64,000 bases of DNA from Caldisericota bacterium. GTDB lineage: Bacteria; Caldisericota; JANLFM01. Under the pieces are notes generated by a model. The model worked only from the letters and a program-made list of their open reading frames with translations, ran no database searches and was not told the DNA's origin. Of this stretch, positions 29,636-39,156 are shown piece after piece (position 1 is the stretch's first letter; the number at the start of each line of letters is the position of its first letter). The DNA is taken from NCBI GenBank assembly GCA_024655865.1, contig JANLFM010000001.1, positions 62,397 to 126,396 of the forward strand, given 5' to 3'. Made by a program: the position numbers and the translations under genes.

Positions 29636-30823
29636 TCACAAGGAAAATCTCTTCTTTGCTTTACCCAAGATCTCCAGGGCCAAAGAAATGTCTTCCTGCG
29701 TGTGAGCCGCGGTAACAGTCGTGCGCAGTCTGCAGGTTAAAGGGGGTACAGCTGGGGGAAGAACAGGAAGGACAAAGAGACCCTCATCCTGAAGGAATTT
29801 GGTGACTTTCAGGGTTGTTTCCTCTTCCCCAATCAGTATGGGAACAACAGGAGTCTGAGAGTTAAAGGTACTGAAGCCTAAATCCTCCAGACCCTTTTTA
29901 AACAGGCGCATGTTCTCCTGAACGCGGTGCACCCTCCAGACCTCTTCCTCGATCACCTCAAAGCTGGCTTTGGCAGCAGCAGCAACCGGGGGCGGAAGGG
30001 CAGCGGAGAAAACGAAAGCCCTGGCGTTGTGCTTGAGAAAGTCAATCAGGTCCTTTTTCCCGGCGATGTATCCACCTATTGCGGGGATGGTTTTGGAAAG
30101 AGTGCCCATTTTGATGGGAATAGAGTCGGGCATATGGAAATGCTCCTCTATCCCGTGTCCGGTCTCGCCCAGAACTCCCAGAGAGTGTGCCTCATCCACC
30201 ATCAGCCAGGCCCCATACTTCTCGCAGAGCTCCACCAACTGAGGAAGGGGGGCGATATCCCCATCCATAGAGAAAACCGCATCCACGATCACGAGCTTCG
30301 CCACATCCTGCTCCTTAACCCTTTTCAGCTGATCCTCCAAACTCGAGACATCGTTGTGCTGGAAACGAAGGAAATTGGCTCCAGAAAGAAGGCATCCATC
30401 GACAATGGAAGCGTGGTTCAGTTTATCGCAGATAACAACGTCGTTCCTTCCCACAAGGGTGGAAACCGTGGATAGGTTCGTAACATATCCAGAAGAGTAA
30501 GCGATGGCGTCCTCGGTCCCTTTGAATCTGGCGATGGTCTCTTCCAATTCTTTATGAACGGGCAAGCTGCCAGCAAGAATCCTCACGCCGTGAGTCCCGG
30601 TGCCATACTCTTCCAGAGCCTTTTTTGCTGCCTCCGCAATCTTAGGATGTCCGATAAGGCCCAGATATGAGTATGAGGCGAGCATCATCATCCTTCTTCC
30701 CTGGACGTAAACATAGGCGCCGTCCATACGTTCGATCTCCTTCAGGTAGAAATAGAGGCGCTCCTCTTGAGCCCGGCGCAAGCGTGCCGAAAAATTATCA
30801 ATCCGGTTCTGAATCCTGTCCAT
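29636..30823 (-). CDS. alpha-oxoamine synthase family PLP enzyme (BioF/KBL/serine palmitoyltransferase-like)
   Basis: 395 aa with SGYVTN, DKLNHASIVDG, DEAHS and the GTLSKT PLP-lysine motif. Substrate specificity cannot be assigned from sequence alone. Confidence 0.8.
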   Translation of the reverse strand: MDRIQNRIDNFSARLRRAQEERLYFYLKEIERMDGAYVYVQGRRMMMLASYSYLGLIGHPKIAEAAKKALEEYGTGTHGVRILAGSLPVHKELEETIARFKGTEDAIAYSSGYVTNLSTVSTLVGRNDVVICDKLNHASIVDGCLLSGANFLRFQHNDVSSLEDQLKRVKEQDVAKLVIVDAVFSMDGDIAPLPQLVELCEKYGAWLMVDEAHSLGVLGETGHGIEEHFHMPDSIPIKMGTLSKTIPAIGGYIAGKKDLIDFLKHNARAFVFSAALPPPVAAAAKASFEVIEEEVWRVHRVQENMRLFKKGLEDLGFSTFNSQTPVVPILIGEEETTLKVTKFLQDEGLFVLPVLPPAVPPLTCRLRTTVTAAHTQEDISLALEILGKAKKRFSL

Positions 30824-30928
30824 TGTTCTCCTCTCCTGTTAAAATACTCAAAAGGCCTATGCAGTGCAAATCCTTTATCTATAAGACTTTTAATGTTAAC
30901 ATTTTAAATCAGAAAGCGGAGGGAAAAC

Positions 30929-31849
30929 GTGAAAAAGGTCAACCATTTCCAAAATTTGAAGAGGGCACTCCAGGACACAGGTATAGAGGTGGGAGTTCCT
31001 GAATCTTACAGGGAACTCGAGGAGAGGTCCAGATTAGGGATTCTTAAATCGCTTGAGCCCTTTCCTAAAGCGCTCAGGTTTTTCCACATTCTGGAACAGG
31101 ACCTGGAGGTCAGGGCCGACTGGGACTTAGCGGATTTTATTGCTGTGACAAAGCTCCACTTTAATGACCATGGAGAGGTGCACGCCAAGGTGGCCACTTC
31201 TTCGGCCCTCACCATGCTCGATCTCCTCGTAAAGAGAGACGTTCCCATGGACTTCATGGAAGCGGAAGGAGGAGACCTGGACGACGAGCACTTGATTGTT
31301 ATGGCTGCAGGGTTACTTCACGACATCGGAAATCAGGTACACCGGGAATGGCACAATCTGCACAGTGTAATCCTCGCTACCCCTCTTTTAGACAGGCTCC
31401 TACCCGAAATTTATCCCGACTTAGAAACGAGGACCGAAATTCGCGGTTTTATTTTGAACGCCATCTACGCTCACGATTTTGAAGTCAGTGACCTTACCAA
31501 GGAAGCTGCCTTAATCGGAATCGGGGACGCTACGGACATGACCAAGGGAAGAGGGAGAATGGCCTTCGAGTTAGGTAACGTGAACATCCACTGCGTTTCC
31601 GCTTTAGGCATTGAGGAAGTGCTGATTGCGGAGGGGCAAGAAAAACCAATTGAGATCATGATTCAGATGTCTAACTCCGCAGGCATTTTCCAGGTGCAGG
31701 AGACCCTGGGGAAGAAAGTAGTCACAAGCCCCCTGAAGGATTACGTCAGTGTAATCGCCTTCACCGCTCCGGAGGAACTTCCCTCAGACGAGAGAATCAT
31801 CCAGAGGATTTACTTAGAAAGGGATCACTTCCGCACCGCAAAAACCTAA
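30929..31849 (+). CDS. HD-domain metal-dependent phosphohydrolase
   Basis: 306 aa with a GTG start after GGAGGG; HGEVHA...LLHDIGN HD signature. Confidence 0.7.
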   Translation: MKKVNHFQNLKRALQDTGIEVGVPESYRELEERSRLGILKSLEPFPKALRFFHILEQDLEVRADWDLADFIAVTKLHFNDHGEVHAKVATSSALTMLDLLVKRDVPMDFMEAEGGDLDDEHLIVMAAGLLHDIGNQVHREWHNLHSVILATPLLDRLLPEIYPDLETRTEIRGFILNAIYAHDFEVSDLTKEAALIGIGDATDMTKGRGRMAFELGNVNIHCVSALGIEEVLIAEGQEKPIEIMIQMSNSAGIFQVQETLGKKVVTSPLKDYVSVIAFTAPEELPSDERIIQRIYLERDHFRTAKT

Positions 31850-33024
31850 GACAGACCGTCCAGGGCCTGCTCGATGTCGTCCCAGAGGTCAGGGGCGTCC
31901 TCTATACCCACGGAGAGTCTGACCAGGCCATCGGTGATTCCCCTTCTCAGCCGTTCCTCCGGAGAGAGCATGCGGTGAGAGGTGGAGGCTGGATGGGTGA
32001 TCAGGCTCTGCACATCTCCCAGGGAGGCTACCCTCAGAATCAACTTCAGGGAATCCTGAAACCTGACCGCAGCCTGGTATCCCCCTTTAAGTTCAAAGGC
32101 CAGGACGGCACCGAACCCCCTCATTTGAGAGCGGGCGATCTCGTGCTGGGGAAAAGTTGGAAGCCCGGGATAATACACCGCGTTTACTTCCGGCCGGGAT
32201 GAAAGCTTTTCCGCCAAATACATGGCGTTTTGGGCGCTTTTCTCCATCCTTAAGGGCAGGGTCAAAATTCCTCTTCCCAGGAGGAAAGCCTCCCAGGGAG
32301 AGAGGATAGCGCCCATCTGCCTGTGAAAGGTTTTCCTCATGGGCTCAAGGAGCGCTTTTGAGCCAGCGATCACTCCGGCGGTGAGATCACCGTGCCCTCC
32401 CAGGAATTTGGTCGCTGAGTGCACTACCAGATCGCAACCCAATTTCAAGGGTGTTTGAAAGTAGGGAGTGGCAAAAGTGGAATCCACTATGGTAATTAAA
32501 TTGTTCTCCCGAGCGAAATTGGCCAGCTTTGAAAGTGGGAGCACCTTCAGGAGGGGGTTGCCCGGGGATTCCAAAAAGAGCACTCTGGTCTTGGGCCTGA
32601 GGAGCTCCTTCATTTTTCCCTCATTCAATGTATCGGTGAAGCTAACCTCTATACCCATGCGAGGCAGGATTTCCTGGAAGAGAGTGTAAGTCCCCCCATA
32701 AATGGATTCCTCGCTGATTATGTGGTCTCCCGACTTCAGGAGGGAAAGAAGCGCAACCAGAATTGCGGACATTCCCGAACTGCACAGAATAGCATCCTCT
32801 GCTTCTTCCAGAGATGCTATTTTTTCTTCAACCGAGCGGACGGTAGGATTACCGTAGCGCGTGTAAACGTATCCTTCACCCAATTGAAACCTCCTGAAGG
32901 CTTCATCGGAGGAAGCAAAGGAGAAAGCGGCGGTCTGAAAAATAGGGGTGACGGTTGCTCCCTCTTCCCCCTTGAGATGGCCCGCATGCACGGCACGGGT
33001 GGCGAACCCAAAATTTGATCTCAT
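31846..33024 (-). CDS. Cys/Met-metabolism PLP enzyme (methionine gamma-lyase / cystathionine gamma-synthase family)
   Basis: 392 aa with YTRYGNPT and SATKFLGGHGD (PLP Lys) motifs. Confidence 0.85.
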   Translation of the reverse strand: MRSNFGFATRAVHAGHLKGEEGATVTPIFQTAAFSFASSDEAFRRFQLGEGYVYTRYGNPTVRSVEEKIASLEEAEDAILCSSGMSAILVALLSLLKSGDHIISEESIYGGTYTLFQEILPRMGIEVSFTDTLNEGKMKELLRPKTRVLFLESPGNPLLKVLPLSKLANFARENNLITIVDSTFATPYFQTPLKLGCDLVVHSATKFLGGHGDLTAGVIAGSKALLEPMRKTFHRQMGAILSPWEAFLLGRGILTLPLRMEKSAQNAMYLAEKLSSRPEVNAVYYPGLPTFPQHEIARSQMRGFGAVLAFELKGGYQAAVRFQDSLKLILRVASLGDVQSLITHPASTSHRMLSPEERLRRGITDGLVRLSVGIEDAPDLWDDIEQALDGLS

Positions 33025-33049
33025 AAAGCACCTCCTTTAGAAATTGGCC

Positions 33050-34264
33050 TCAGAAAACCAAATAAACTAAAAACGCTACAATCAGAACAATCGAGGCGGA
33101 TGGAGCAAGCATAGCGTAAACCTTCCCCCAATCAGCTTTGAAATACTGACGAGTTAACACCAGGCAAAGGTGCACAGGTGAGGCAAGAACACCTACAAAC
33201 CCTGAAACGTATGCTAACGCTACGAGGGGAAGGCTTACTGGATTACCAAAAATACCCAAAAGTAGAGGGAAGGCCACCCCAACGAACGCCTGGGTGACCC
33301 CGGTGAGCAAACCCACGAAGAAAGGGAGCAGGGAAACAAGCACGATCGAGGGCACGCCGGAACGAAAGAAAAAATCAGAAAGTTCGTTGACTGAGCCACT
33401 CTTGATCATGGTGTCCTTGAAGATGATTACTCCCAAAACCAGGAATACGGTATTGAAGGAAAAAGCCCTCTTCACCAAATCCCAGAAGTTGATAAACTTC
33501 CAGTGACGATAAGCTGCGGCCCATCCCCATAGCAGAGCAAGGACTAAAAGCAGGGCCAGAACAAGCTCCACATGGAGGATAAGTACTAAAACCAGCACCA
33601 TCAAAACGGGAAGGATAGTGAAAAGGAGTTTCCCCAGGTCCTTCCAGATCCCCTTGTCCTTCATCCTCTGATTCTGGTTCTTGACCCCCGGGAAGGCGAA
33701 GGCCGTCCCCACGAGAATAGCGGCCAGTGTGTAGTGCCACTGGTGGGATATCAGAGCTGAGAGGTTCACCCCTAACAAGCTGGAAGCCAGGATCAATCCC
33801 GGATAAAGGGGGAAAATGCATTCCCAGATGTGGCGGAACCAGTAATTAATGTAGGTCTTCTTTGCAGGGGAAATATCAAATCCCTTGCTCGCCTCTTCCA
33901 CAAGGGGTGCAGAAAAAAGAGCGCCCCCTGCGGAGGGCAGGAATCCTAGAAAGGCAGGCAAAAAAGCCATTACCAGTCGGTGATCAGGAACCAGATTTTT
34001 AAGGGAAGTCACCATCTGCTCAAGCAAACTGGAGCGCCTCAAGGTGGCTTCCAGGAACTGGATGAGCACCAGGGAGAGAATCAGGGTAATGGTCGTGTAG
34101 TCAATAGCGGAGTAGAAAGCAATCTGGATCCACTGCCAGGGCCAGACCGAGAAAAGCAAGGCCAATAAAAATGCGCCGGCAAGCATTATCAAACCCAGGT
34201 TTAAGCGCCTGGTAATCAGAAAAATTATTGCGAGGAATACGATTAAAACTTTGATTAAAGACAT
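33050..34264 (-). CDS. polytopic membrane protein (DUF401 / ion-transporter-superfamily-like)
   Basis: 404 aa with about 11 TM helices. The family assignment is tentative and from memory of the DUF401 architecture. Confidence 0.6.
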   Translation of the reverse strand: MSLIKVLIVFLAIIFLITRRLNLGLIMLAGAFLLALLFSVWPWQWIQIAFYSAIDYTTITLILSLVLIQFLEATLRRSSLLEQMVTSLKNLVPDHRLVMAFLPAFLGFLPSAGGALFSAPLVEEASKGFDISPAKKTYINYWFRHIWECIFPLYPGLILASSLLGVNLSALISHQWHYTLAAILVGTAFAFPGVKNQNQRMKDKGIWKDLGKLLFTILPVLMVLVLVLILHVELVLALLLVLALLWGWAAAYRHWKFINFWDLVKRAFSFNTVFLVLGVIIFKDTMIKSGSVNELSDFFFRSGVPSIVLVSLLPFFVGLLTGVTQAFVGVAFPLLLGIFGNPVSLPLVALAYVSGFVGVLASPVHLCLVLTRQYFKADWGKVYAMLAPSASIVLIVAFLVYLVF

Positions 34265-34267
34265 CCT

Positions 34268-34720
34268 TTATTCTCCCGGGGCCTTGTTCTTAAGTTCTGA
34301 TTCTTTCCTTTTCTTCGCCTTCAATCTTAATTGCCTTTCCAACCGATAGAGCCTTGTGGACCTGGGAGGGGTGGGTCTAAAAAGGACCCTGACTAAATGG
34401 TAAGAGATTGTCCCCAGAATCCCGGGCCACACATAGACCAAAAAATAATACAGATAAGTGAACTCTTCAAATTCCGGGTGGTCCTTCAGATAGAGGGTGT
34501 AGTAAAAAAGGAGTCCCAGGGCATAGAAAAAAAGGGAGATAAAAAAGTTGTATTTCCCCTTTCTTCTCTGGAAGAAAAGGCCTGCAAGCAGGAAGAAAAG
34601 CAGGAAGAAAAAAGTCAGGAATGCCCAGGGAACGTCCAGGAGCTTGGTCTTCAAAACGATCAAGACTTCCAGGAACGCCAGAAAAACACCAAATAGGCCA
34701 TAAAAGAGGACTTCCTTCAT
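34268..34720 (-). CDS. hypothetical membrane protein
   Basis: 150 aa with 4 TM helices and a basic C-terminal tail. It is the first gene of a three-gene minus-strand unit and has no SD. Confidence 0.55.
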   Translation of the reverse strand: MKEVLFYGLFGVFLAFLEVLIVLKTKLLDVPWAFLTFFFLLFFLLAGLFFQRRKGKYNFFISLFFYALGLLFYYTLYLKDHPEFEEFTYLYYFLVYVWPGILGTISYHLVRVLFRPTPPRSTRLYRLERQLRLKAKKRKESELKNKAPGE

Positions 34721-34755
34721 GCTATTATTTAGATAGTATAATACAAAGTAAATTC

Positions 34756-35874
34756 ATGAGCCTTTTAACACGCATTCAAAAGAATAGGGAGCTTCTATGG
34801 AGCATAGGGTTAAGCCTGGCCCTCGTTGTCCTTCTGCTTTTGGGATTTTGGGTGATTTATTACGTGTTCAAGAGCCTTCTGGGTGTACTGGCGGTCTTTC
34901 TCTGGGCCGGCTTCCTTGGCTTCCTGCTCTACCCGTTGGTTAATATTCTTTCAAGGATCATCCCCCGCTTGATTTCCTCCCTTATCGTGCTCCTTGTCTT
35001 TATCTTCTTAATCGGTCTCCTGGTTTACCTTGTCGTTCCGGCAATCGTCAACGAGCTCTCGGTTTTAAAAGAGAACCTTCCCGCCATTGTCACTCAACTC
35101 CAGCAATTGATGAGCGACCTGGACCGCTTCTTAACATCTTTAGGGCTCGGGGTTTCCCTGTCCCTGGCTATTCAGCAGTTCAGTTCAAACCTTCAGAGCT
35201 GGATTGGAAGCATTTTAGGACAGGTTGTGGCCATAAGCGTGAGCTTTGCGAATTTCCTGGTTCGGGCCTGTTTCGTTTTCTTAGCGGCCCTCTTCCTTTT
35301 GAGGGACTGGCCAAAACTGAAATCTCAGCTTTTTATCTTTTTGAATCGCTGGGGAAAGTGGGGAAGTGAGGAACTGCTAAACTCCCTCTCAAAGGTGATC
35401 GCCCGCTATCTAAGCACCCTTTTATTGACTGCTTCAATCGTCGGCCTACTAACCGGTTTGGGAATGTTACTTCTGGGCATTCCCTATTCCTGGATTTTAG
35501 CGATAGTGGCTTTTTTTGGAGAATTCGTTCCCTACCTCGGTCCGATCTTTTCCCTGCTCTGTGGTCTGATCCTCTCTTTAGGGAAACCCCTCGTTTTTCT
35601 GTTTTATGTGCTCCTGGTGTACCTGGGAGTGCAAGTCCTCCAGAATTATGCCATCTCCCCCTTGATCATGTCCGCCAGGATGGGGTTCCACCCGCTTCTG
35701 GTAATTTTTGCCGTCCTTACTGGAGGGGCGCTCTTCGGGTTCTGGGGCGTGATCTTAGCAATTCCCCTTCTCTCCATAATTAAGACCGTAGTGGCCTTCA
35801 TTACTCAAGCAAGACAAAACCCTCCACCGCAAGGAGATGTAAAAAAGGATGAACAGCAACCAGCTTCGTCATGA
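34756..35874 (+). CDS. AI-2E family (PerM/UPF0118) transporter
   Basis: Multiple TM helices with a typical C-terminal GFWGVILAIPL segment. ATG 34756 was chosen because the longer ORF-track start overlaps the divergent gene. TATAAT at 34737-34742. Confidence 0.8.
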   Translation: MSLLTRIQKNRELLWSIGLSLALVVLLLLGFWVIYYVFKSLLGVLAVFLWAGFLGFLLYPLVNILSRIIPRLISSLIVLLVFIFLIGLLVYLVVPAIVNELSVLKENLPAIVTQLQQLMSDLDRFLTSLGLGVSLSLAIQQFSSNLQSWIGSILGQVVAISVSFANFLVRACFVFLAALFLLRDWPKLKSQLFIFLNRWGKWGSEELLNSLSKVIARYLSTLLLTASIVGLLTGLGMLLLGIPYSWILAIVAFFGEFVPYLGPIFSLLCGLILSLGKPLVFLFYVLLVYLGVQVLQNYAISPLIMSARMGFHPLLVIFAVLTGGALFGFWGVILAIPLLSIIKTVVAFITQARQNPPPQGDVKKDEQQPASS

Positions 35875-38473
35875 ATTTCTGAAATTTTTTGAAAGCAAGG
35901 GTCATCTTATCCAACCTGGAATCTCCCTCGTTCCTGATGACCCTACCCTGCTTTTCACTTCTGCAGGGATGGTTCCCATGAAGCCTTACTTTCTGGGTCT
36001 CCAGGAACCCCCTTCCCGGCGCATCACGACCATCCAGAAGTGCTTCCGCACGACGGACATCGAGAACGTTGGTCGCACCCCGAGGCACCTCACCTTCCTA
36101 GAGATGCTGGGTAATTTCTCAGTGGGAGATTATTTCAAGAAGGAAGCAATCTCCTACGCCTGGGAATTCCTCACAGAGAGGCTCAAAATCCCTGAGGAGA
36201 GGTTATGGGTATCCGTTTTTCGGGATGATGACGAAACTTTTCGGATCTGGGAAGAGGAGATCCGCTTTCCCAAAGAGAGGATAGTTCGCCTGGATGAAAG
36301 GGACAATTTTTGGGGTCCAGTAGGCACAACTGGCACTGGACCATGTGGCCCTTGCTCGGAAATCCACTACGACCTGGGGCCAGAGCTGGGTCCTCCAGCT
36401 AAACCGGGAGATGATAGCCCGCGTTTGGTAGAGGTCTGGAACCTGGTGTTCATGGAGTTCAACAAGAACGAGCAAGGGGAATTGGAGCCCTTAAAGCAAA
36501 AAAATATCGATACCGGAATGGGCCTGGAGCGTTTGGCAATGGTCGTTCAGGGCAAAAGGACAGTTTTCGAGACCGACCTCTTTATGCCCTTAGTGGAAGC
36601 CATAGCCAACCTTGCGAGGATTTCATCCTCCTCTCAAGAAGAAAGGCACCTTTTTGCCCTCAGGACCATCTCCGATCACTTGCGCGCTATTACCTTCCTC
36701 GTCGCTGATGGGGTAGTGCCCACAAACGAGGGAAGAGGTTATGTCCTGCGCAGGATTTTGCGCCGGGCTTTCCGTTACAGCCGGTATCTTGGACTGAAGG
36801 AACCCTTCCTTTTCAAGTTAATACCCGAGGTGGTCAAAGTTATGGGGGATGGTTATCCGGAACTCAGGGAAAGGTCCTCATATGTTCACAGGGTGGTACA
36901 GGCGGAGGAGGAAAGGTTCTGCGAGACTCTGGAGGAAGGGCTCACGATCCTCGAGGGAATCCTCGAGAGTCTCTCCCTGAAGGGACAAAAGGTCATCCCT
37001 GGGGCCGAGGTCTTCCGCCTCTCTGACACCTATGGCTTTCCCTGGGAGCTAACAGAGGAGATCGCCCGGGAAAATGGCATGGAGATCGACCGAGCTGGCT
37101 TCAAGGAGGAAATGGAAAAGCAGAGGGAAAGAGCCAGAGCTGCCTTGAAGAGAGTGGGGATGGAAGTTTCCCCCTTAAGTAAAATCCGGGAAGAGAAAGG
37201 CGAAAGCGAATTCATAGGCTATGATGCTTTGTCCTCGAGGAGCCAGGTGGTTGCCCTGCTCAAAGAAGGGAAGGAGGTGGATTCCCTTTCGGAAGGTTCT
37301 TCGGGTGAGGTTTTGCTCGATAAGACGCCATTTTATCCGGAAAAGGGCGGTCAGATCGGGGATACCGGTAAGATAACCTGGGAAAATGGAGAGGCCATAG
37401 TCCTGGACACCCAGATGCCCTTTGAGGATCTTATTGTACACAAGGTCAAGGTTAAGAGCGGGAGGATGGAACCGGGAGTTATGATTCACGCTGAAGTAGA
37501 TTCCAGGCGCAGGGCCGCTATTGCCAGAGCTCACACAGCCACCCACCTTCTGCACTTCGCCTTGAGAAAAATTCTCGGCTCTCACGCATTGCAATCAGGT
37601 TCTCTCGTGGAACCGGACAGGTTGCGCTTCGATTTCTCTCATTTCGCCCCCGTTGAGGAACCGGAAATAAAGGAAATTGAGCTCCTGGTAAATAGCCTGA
37701 TCCAGGAGAATTACCCCGTTCAGGTAAAGGAAATGTCCTTAGACCAGGCCAAAAAGGAAGGGATCGTGGCCATTTTCGGGGAAAAATATAAGGACCCGGT
37801 ACGAGCGATCTTCACCGGTCCTTCCCGGGAGCTATGCGGCGGCACTCATGTGGAGCGCACGGGAGATATTGGCTACTTCCTTATTGTCCAGGAAACCGGT
37901 GTGGGATCTAATCTCCGCAGGATTGAGGCCTTAGTTGGAGAAGGCGCGGTGAAAAGGTCTCAGGAGGAAAGGGAGAAGTTAAGGGAAGTGGGTTTGCTCT
38001 TGAACTCCCCCCAGGGGCAGGAGATTGCGAAACTGAAAAAACTGCTCGGGGAGAAGGAGGAAGAAAATAAAAGGGCCCTCTTTTACCGTGACCGTTACCT
38101 GAAAGCTCTGGCTTTAAGCCTAAAGAATAAAGTTTCTCTTCCCGCCTCCTGTGTAGTGGCCGAGGTAGAGACCCTGGACATGGAGGCTTTAACGGTGCTT
38201 TCCGATTATCTCCTTCAGGAACTCGGCCAGGGGATCGTGGTCCTGGGTTCGGTTTATGAGGGCAAACCTTCAATACTCGTGCGCGTCAGCGCCAATTTCA
38301 TAAAAGCAGGCTGGAATGCTGGGGAAATAGCCCGCTCTCTGGGGAAAATCCTTGAGGGTTCAGGAGGAGGAAAACCGGAGATGGGGAGAGCTGGGGGAAA
38401 GAGAGCTGAAAAGCTGGATCAGGCTCTCAACAGCGCAAGGGAGATCCTAAAAAGTGCGCATCCTGGCCCTTGA
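35849..38473 (+). CDS. alaS: alanine--tRNA ligase
   Basis: 874 aa with FTSAGM, the WGPxGxxGPCGPCSEI motif, and editing-domain HTATHLLH. Confidence 0.95.
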   Translation: MNSNQLRHEFLKFFESKGHLIQPGISLVPDDPTLLFTSAGMVPMKPYFLGLQEPPSRRITTIQKCFRTTDIENVGRTPRHLTFLEMLGNFSVGDYFKKEAISYAWEFLTERLKIPEERLWVSVFRDDDETFRIWEEEIRFPKERIVRLDERDNFWGPVGTTGTGPCGPCSEIHYDLGPELGPPAKPGDDSPRLVEVWNLVFMEFNKNEQGELEPLKQKNIDTGMGLERLAMVVQGKRTVFETDLFMPLVEAIANLARISSSSQEERHLFALRTISDHLRAITFLVADGVVPTNEGRGYVLRRILRRAFRYSRYLGLKEPFLFKLIPEVVKVMGDGYPELRERSSYVHRVVQAEEERFCETLEEGLTILEGILESLSLKGQKVIPGAEVFRLSDTYGFPWELTEEIARENGMEIDRAGFKEEMEKQRERARAALKRVGMEVSPLSKIREEKGESEFIGYDALSSRSQVVALLKEGKEVDSLSEGSSGEVLLDKTPFYPEKGGQIGDTGKITWENGEAIVLDTQMPFEDLIVHKVKVKSGRMEPGVMIHAEVDSRRRAAIARAHTATHLLHFALRKILGSHALQSGSLVEPDRLRFDFSHFAPVEEPEIKEIELLVNSLIQENYPVQVKEMSLDQAKKEGIVAIFGEKYKDPVRAIFTGPSRELCGGTHVERTGDIGYFLIVQETGVGSNLRRIEALVGEGAVKRSQEEREKLREVGLLLNSPQGQEIAKLKKLLGEKEEENKRALFYRDRYLKALALSLKNKVSLPASCVVAEVETLDMEALTVLSDYLLQELGQGIVVLGSVYEGKPSILVRVSANFIKAGWNAGEIARSLGKILEGSGGGKPEMGRAGGKRAEKLDQALNSAREILKSAHPGP

Positions 38474-38882
38474 CGTAGGCGACGTCTATATTGGCGTTGC
38501 GGTCTCTGACCCTTTAGGAATTACTGCTCAGGCATTGCCCACCATCAAGAGGAGCTCTCTGGAGGAGGATCTTCAAAAAATCGTTGATCTTCTATCCACC
38601 ATGGAAGTCAAGGAAATCGTGATCGGTCTCCCCAGAACCCTTAAAGGAACCTCAAGTGTACAGACCGAGAAGGTGCAGGAATTCGCCCAAAAATTGAAGG
38701 AGAAGCTCCTTCTTCCCGTTACCCTGTTTGACGAGCGCTTTACCACAAAAATCGCCTTGAGGCAGCTTCATTCTGGAAATAAGAAACCGTCTCGAAAAAA
38801 GGGGTTGGCCGATAGAGTTGCAGCTGTGATAATATTACAGGACTATTTGCATTTTCTTAAATTGAGGAATCCGGATGTTTGA
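38454..38882 (+). CDS. ruvX: YqgF/RuvX putative pre-16S rRNA nuclease / Holliday junction resolvase-like
   Basis: 142 aa starting ILALDVGDVYIGVAVSD, with DERFTT. Confidence 0.9.
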   Translation: MRILALDVGDVYIGVAVSDPLGITAQALPTIKRSSLEEDLQKIVDLLSTMEVKEIVIGLPRTLKGTSSVQTEKVQEFAQKLKEKLLLPVTLFDERFTTKIALRQLHSGNKKPSRKKGLADRVAAVIILQDYLHFLKLRNPDV

Positions 38883-39156
38883 GGAAGAAGAGCTGCAACA
38901 AATGAGCATTGCCAAATATGATGAGTTTGGCACCCCTCATCAATATAGTTATTTTGGCCGATTCGATTACGACGGCGAGGAATACGCGGTTTTTTACCCG
39001 GTTGAGGAAGGAATTGGCGCTCCGGTGATCTTGCGCATTGAGGGGCGGCGTCTGGTAGATATCCCTGATCCCCTGGAGGAGGATATCCTCCTCGATGTTC
39101 TGGAGGCCTGGCTCGAGGAACAGGACTTTCAAGAAGAGGATGAGCAGTCTCAATAA
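38875..39156 (+). CDS. DUF1292 (YrzB-like) protein
   Basis: 93 aa, acidic, with an FDYDGEEYAVFYP core. Positioned after ruvX as in Bacillus yrrK-yrzB. Confidence 0.75.
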   Translation: MFEEEELQQMSIAKYDEFGTPHQYSYFGRFDYDGEEYAVFYPVEEGIGAPVILRIEGRRLVDIPDPLEEDILLDVLEAWLEEQDFQEEDEQSQ

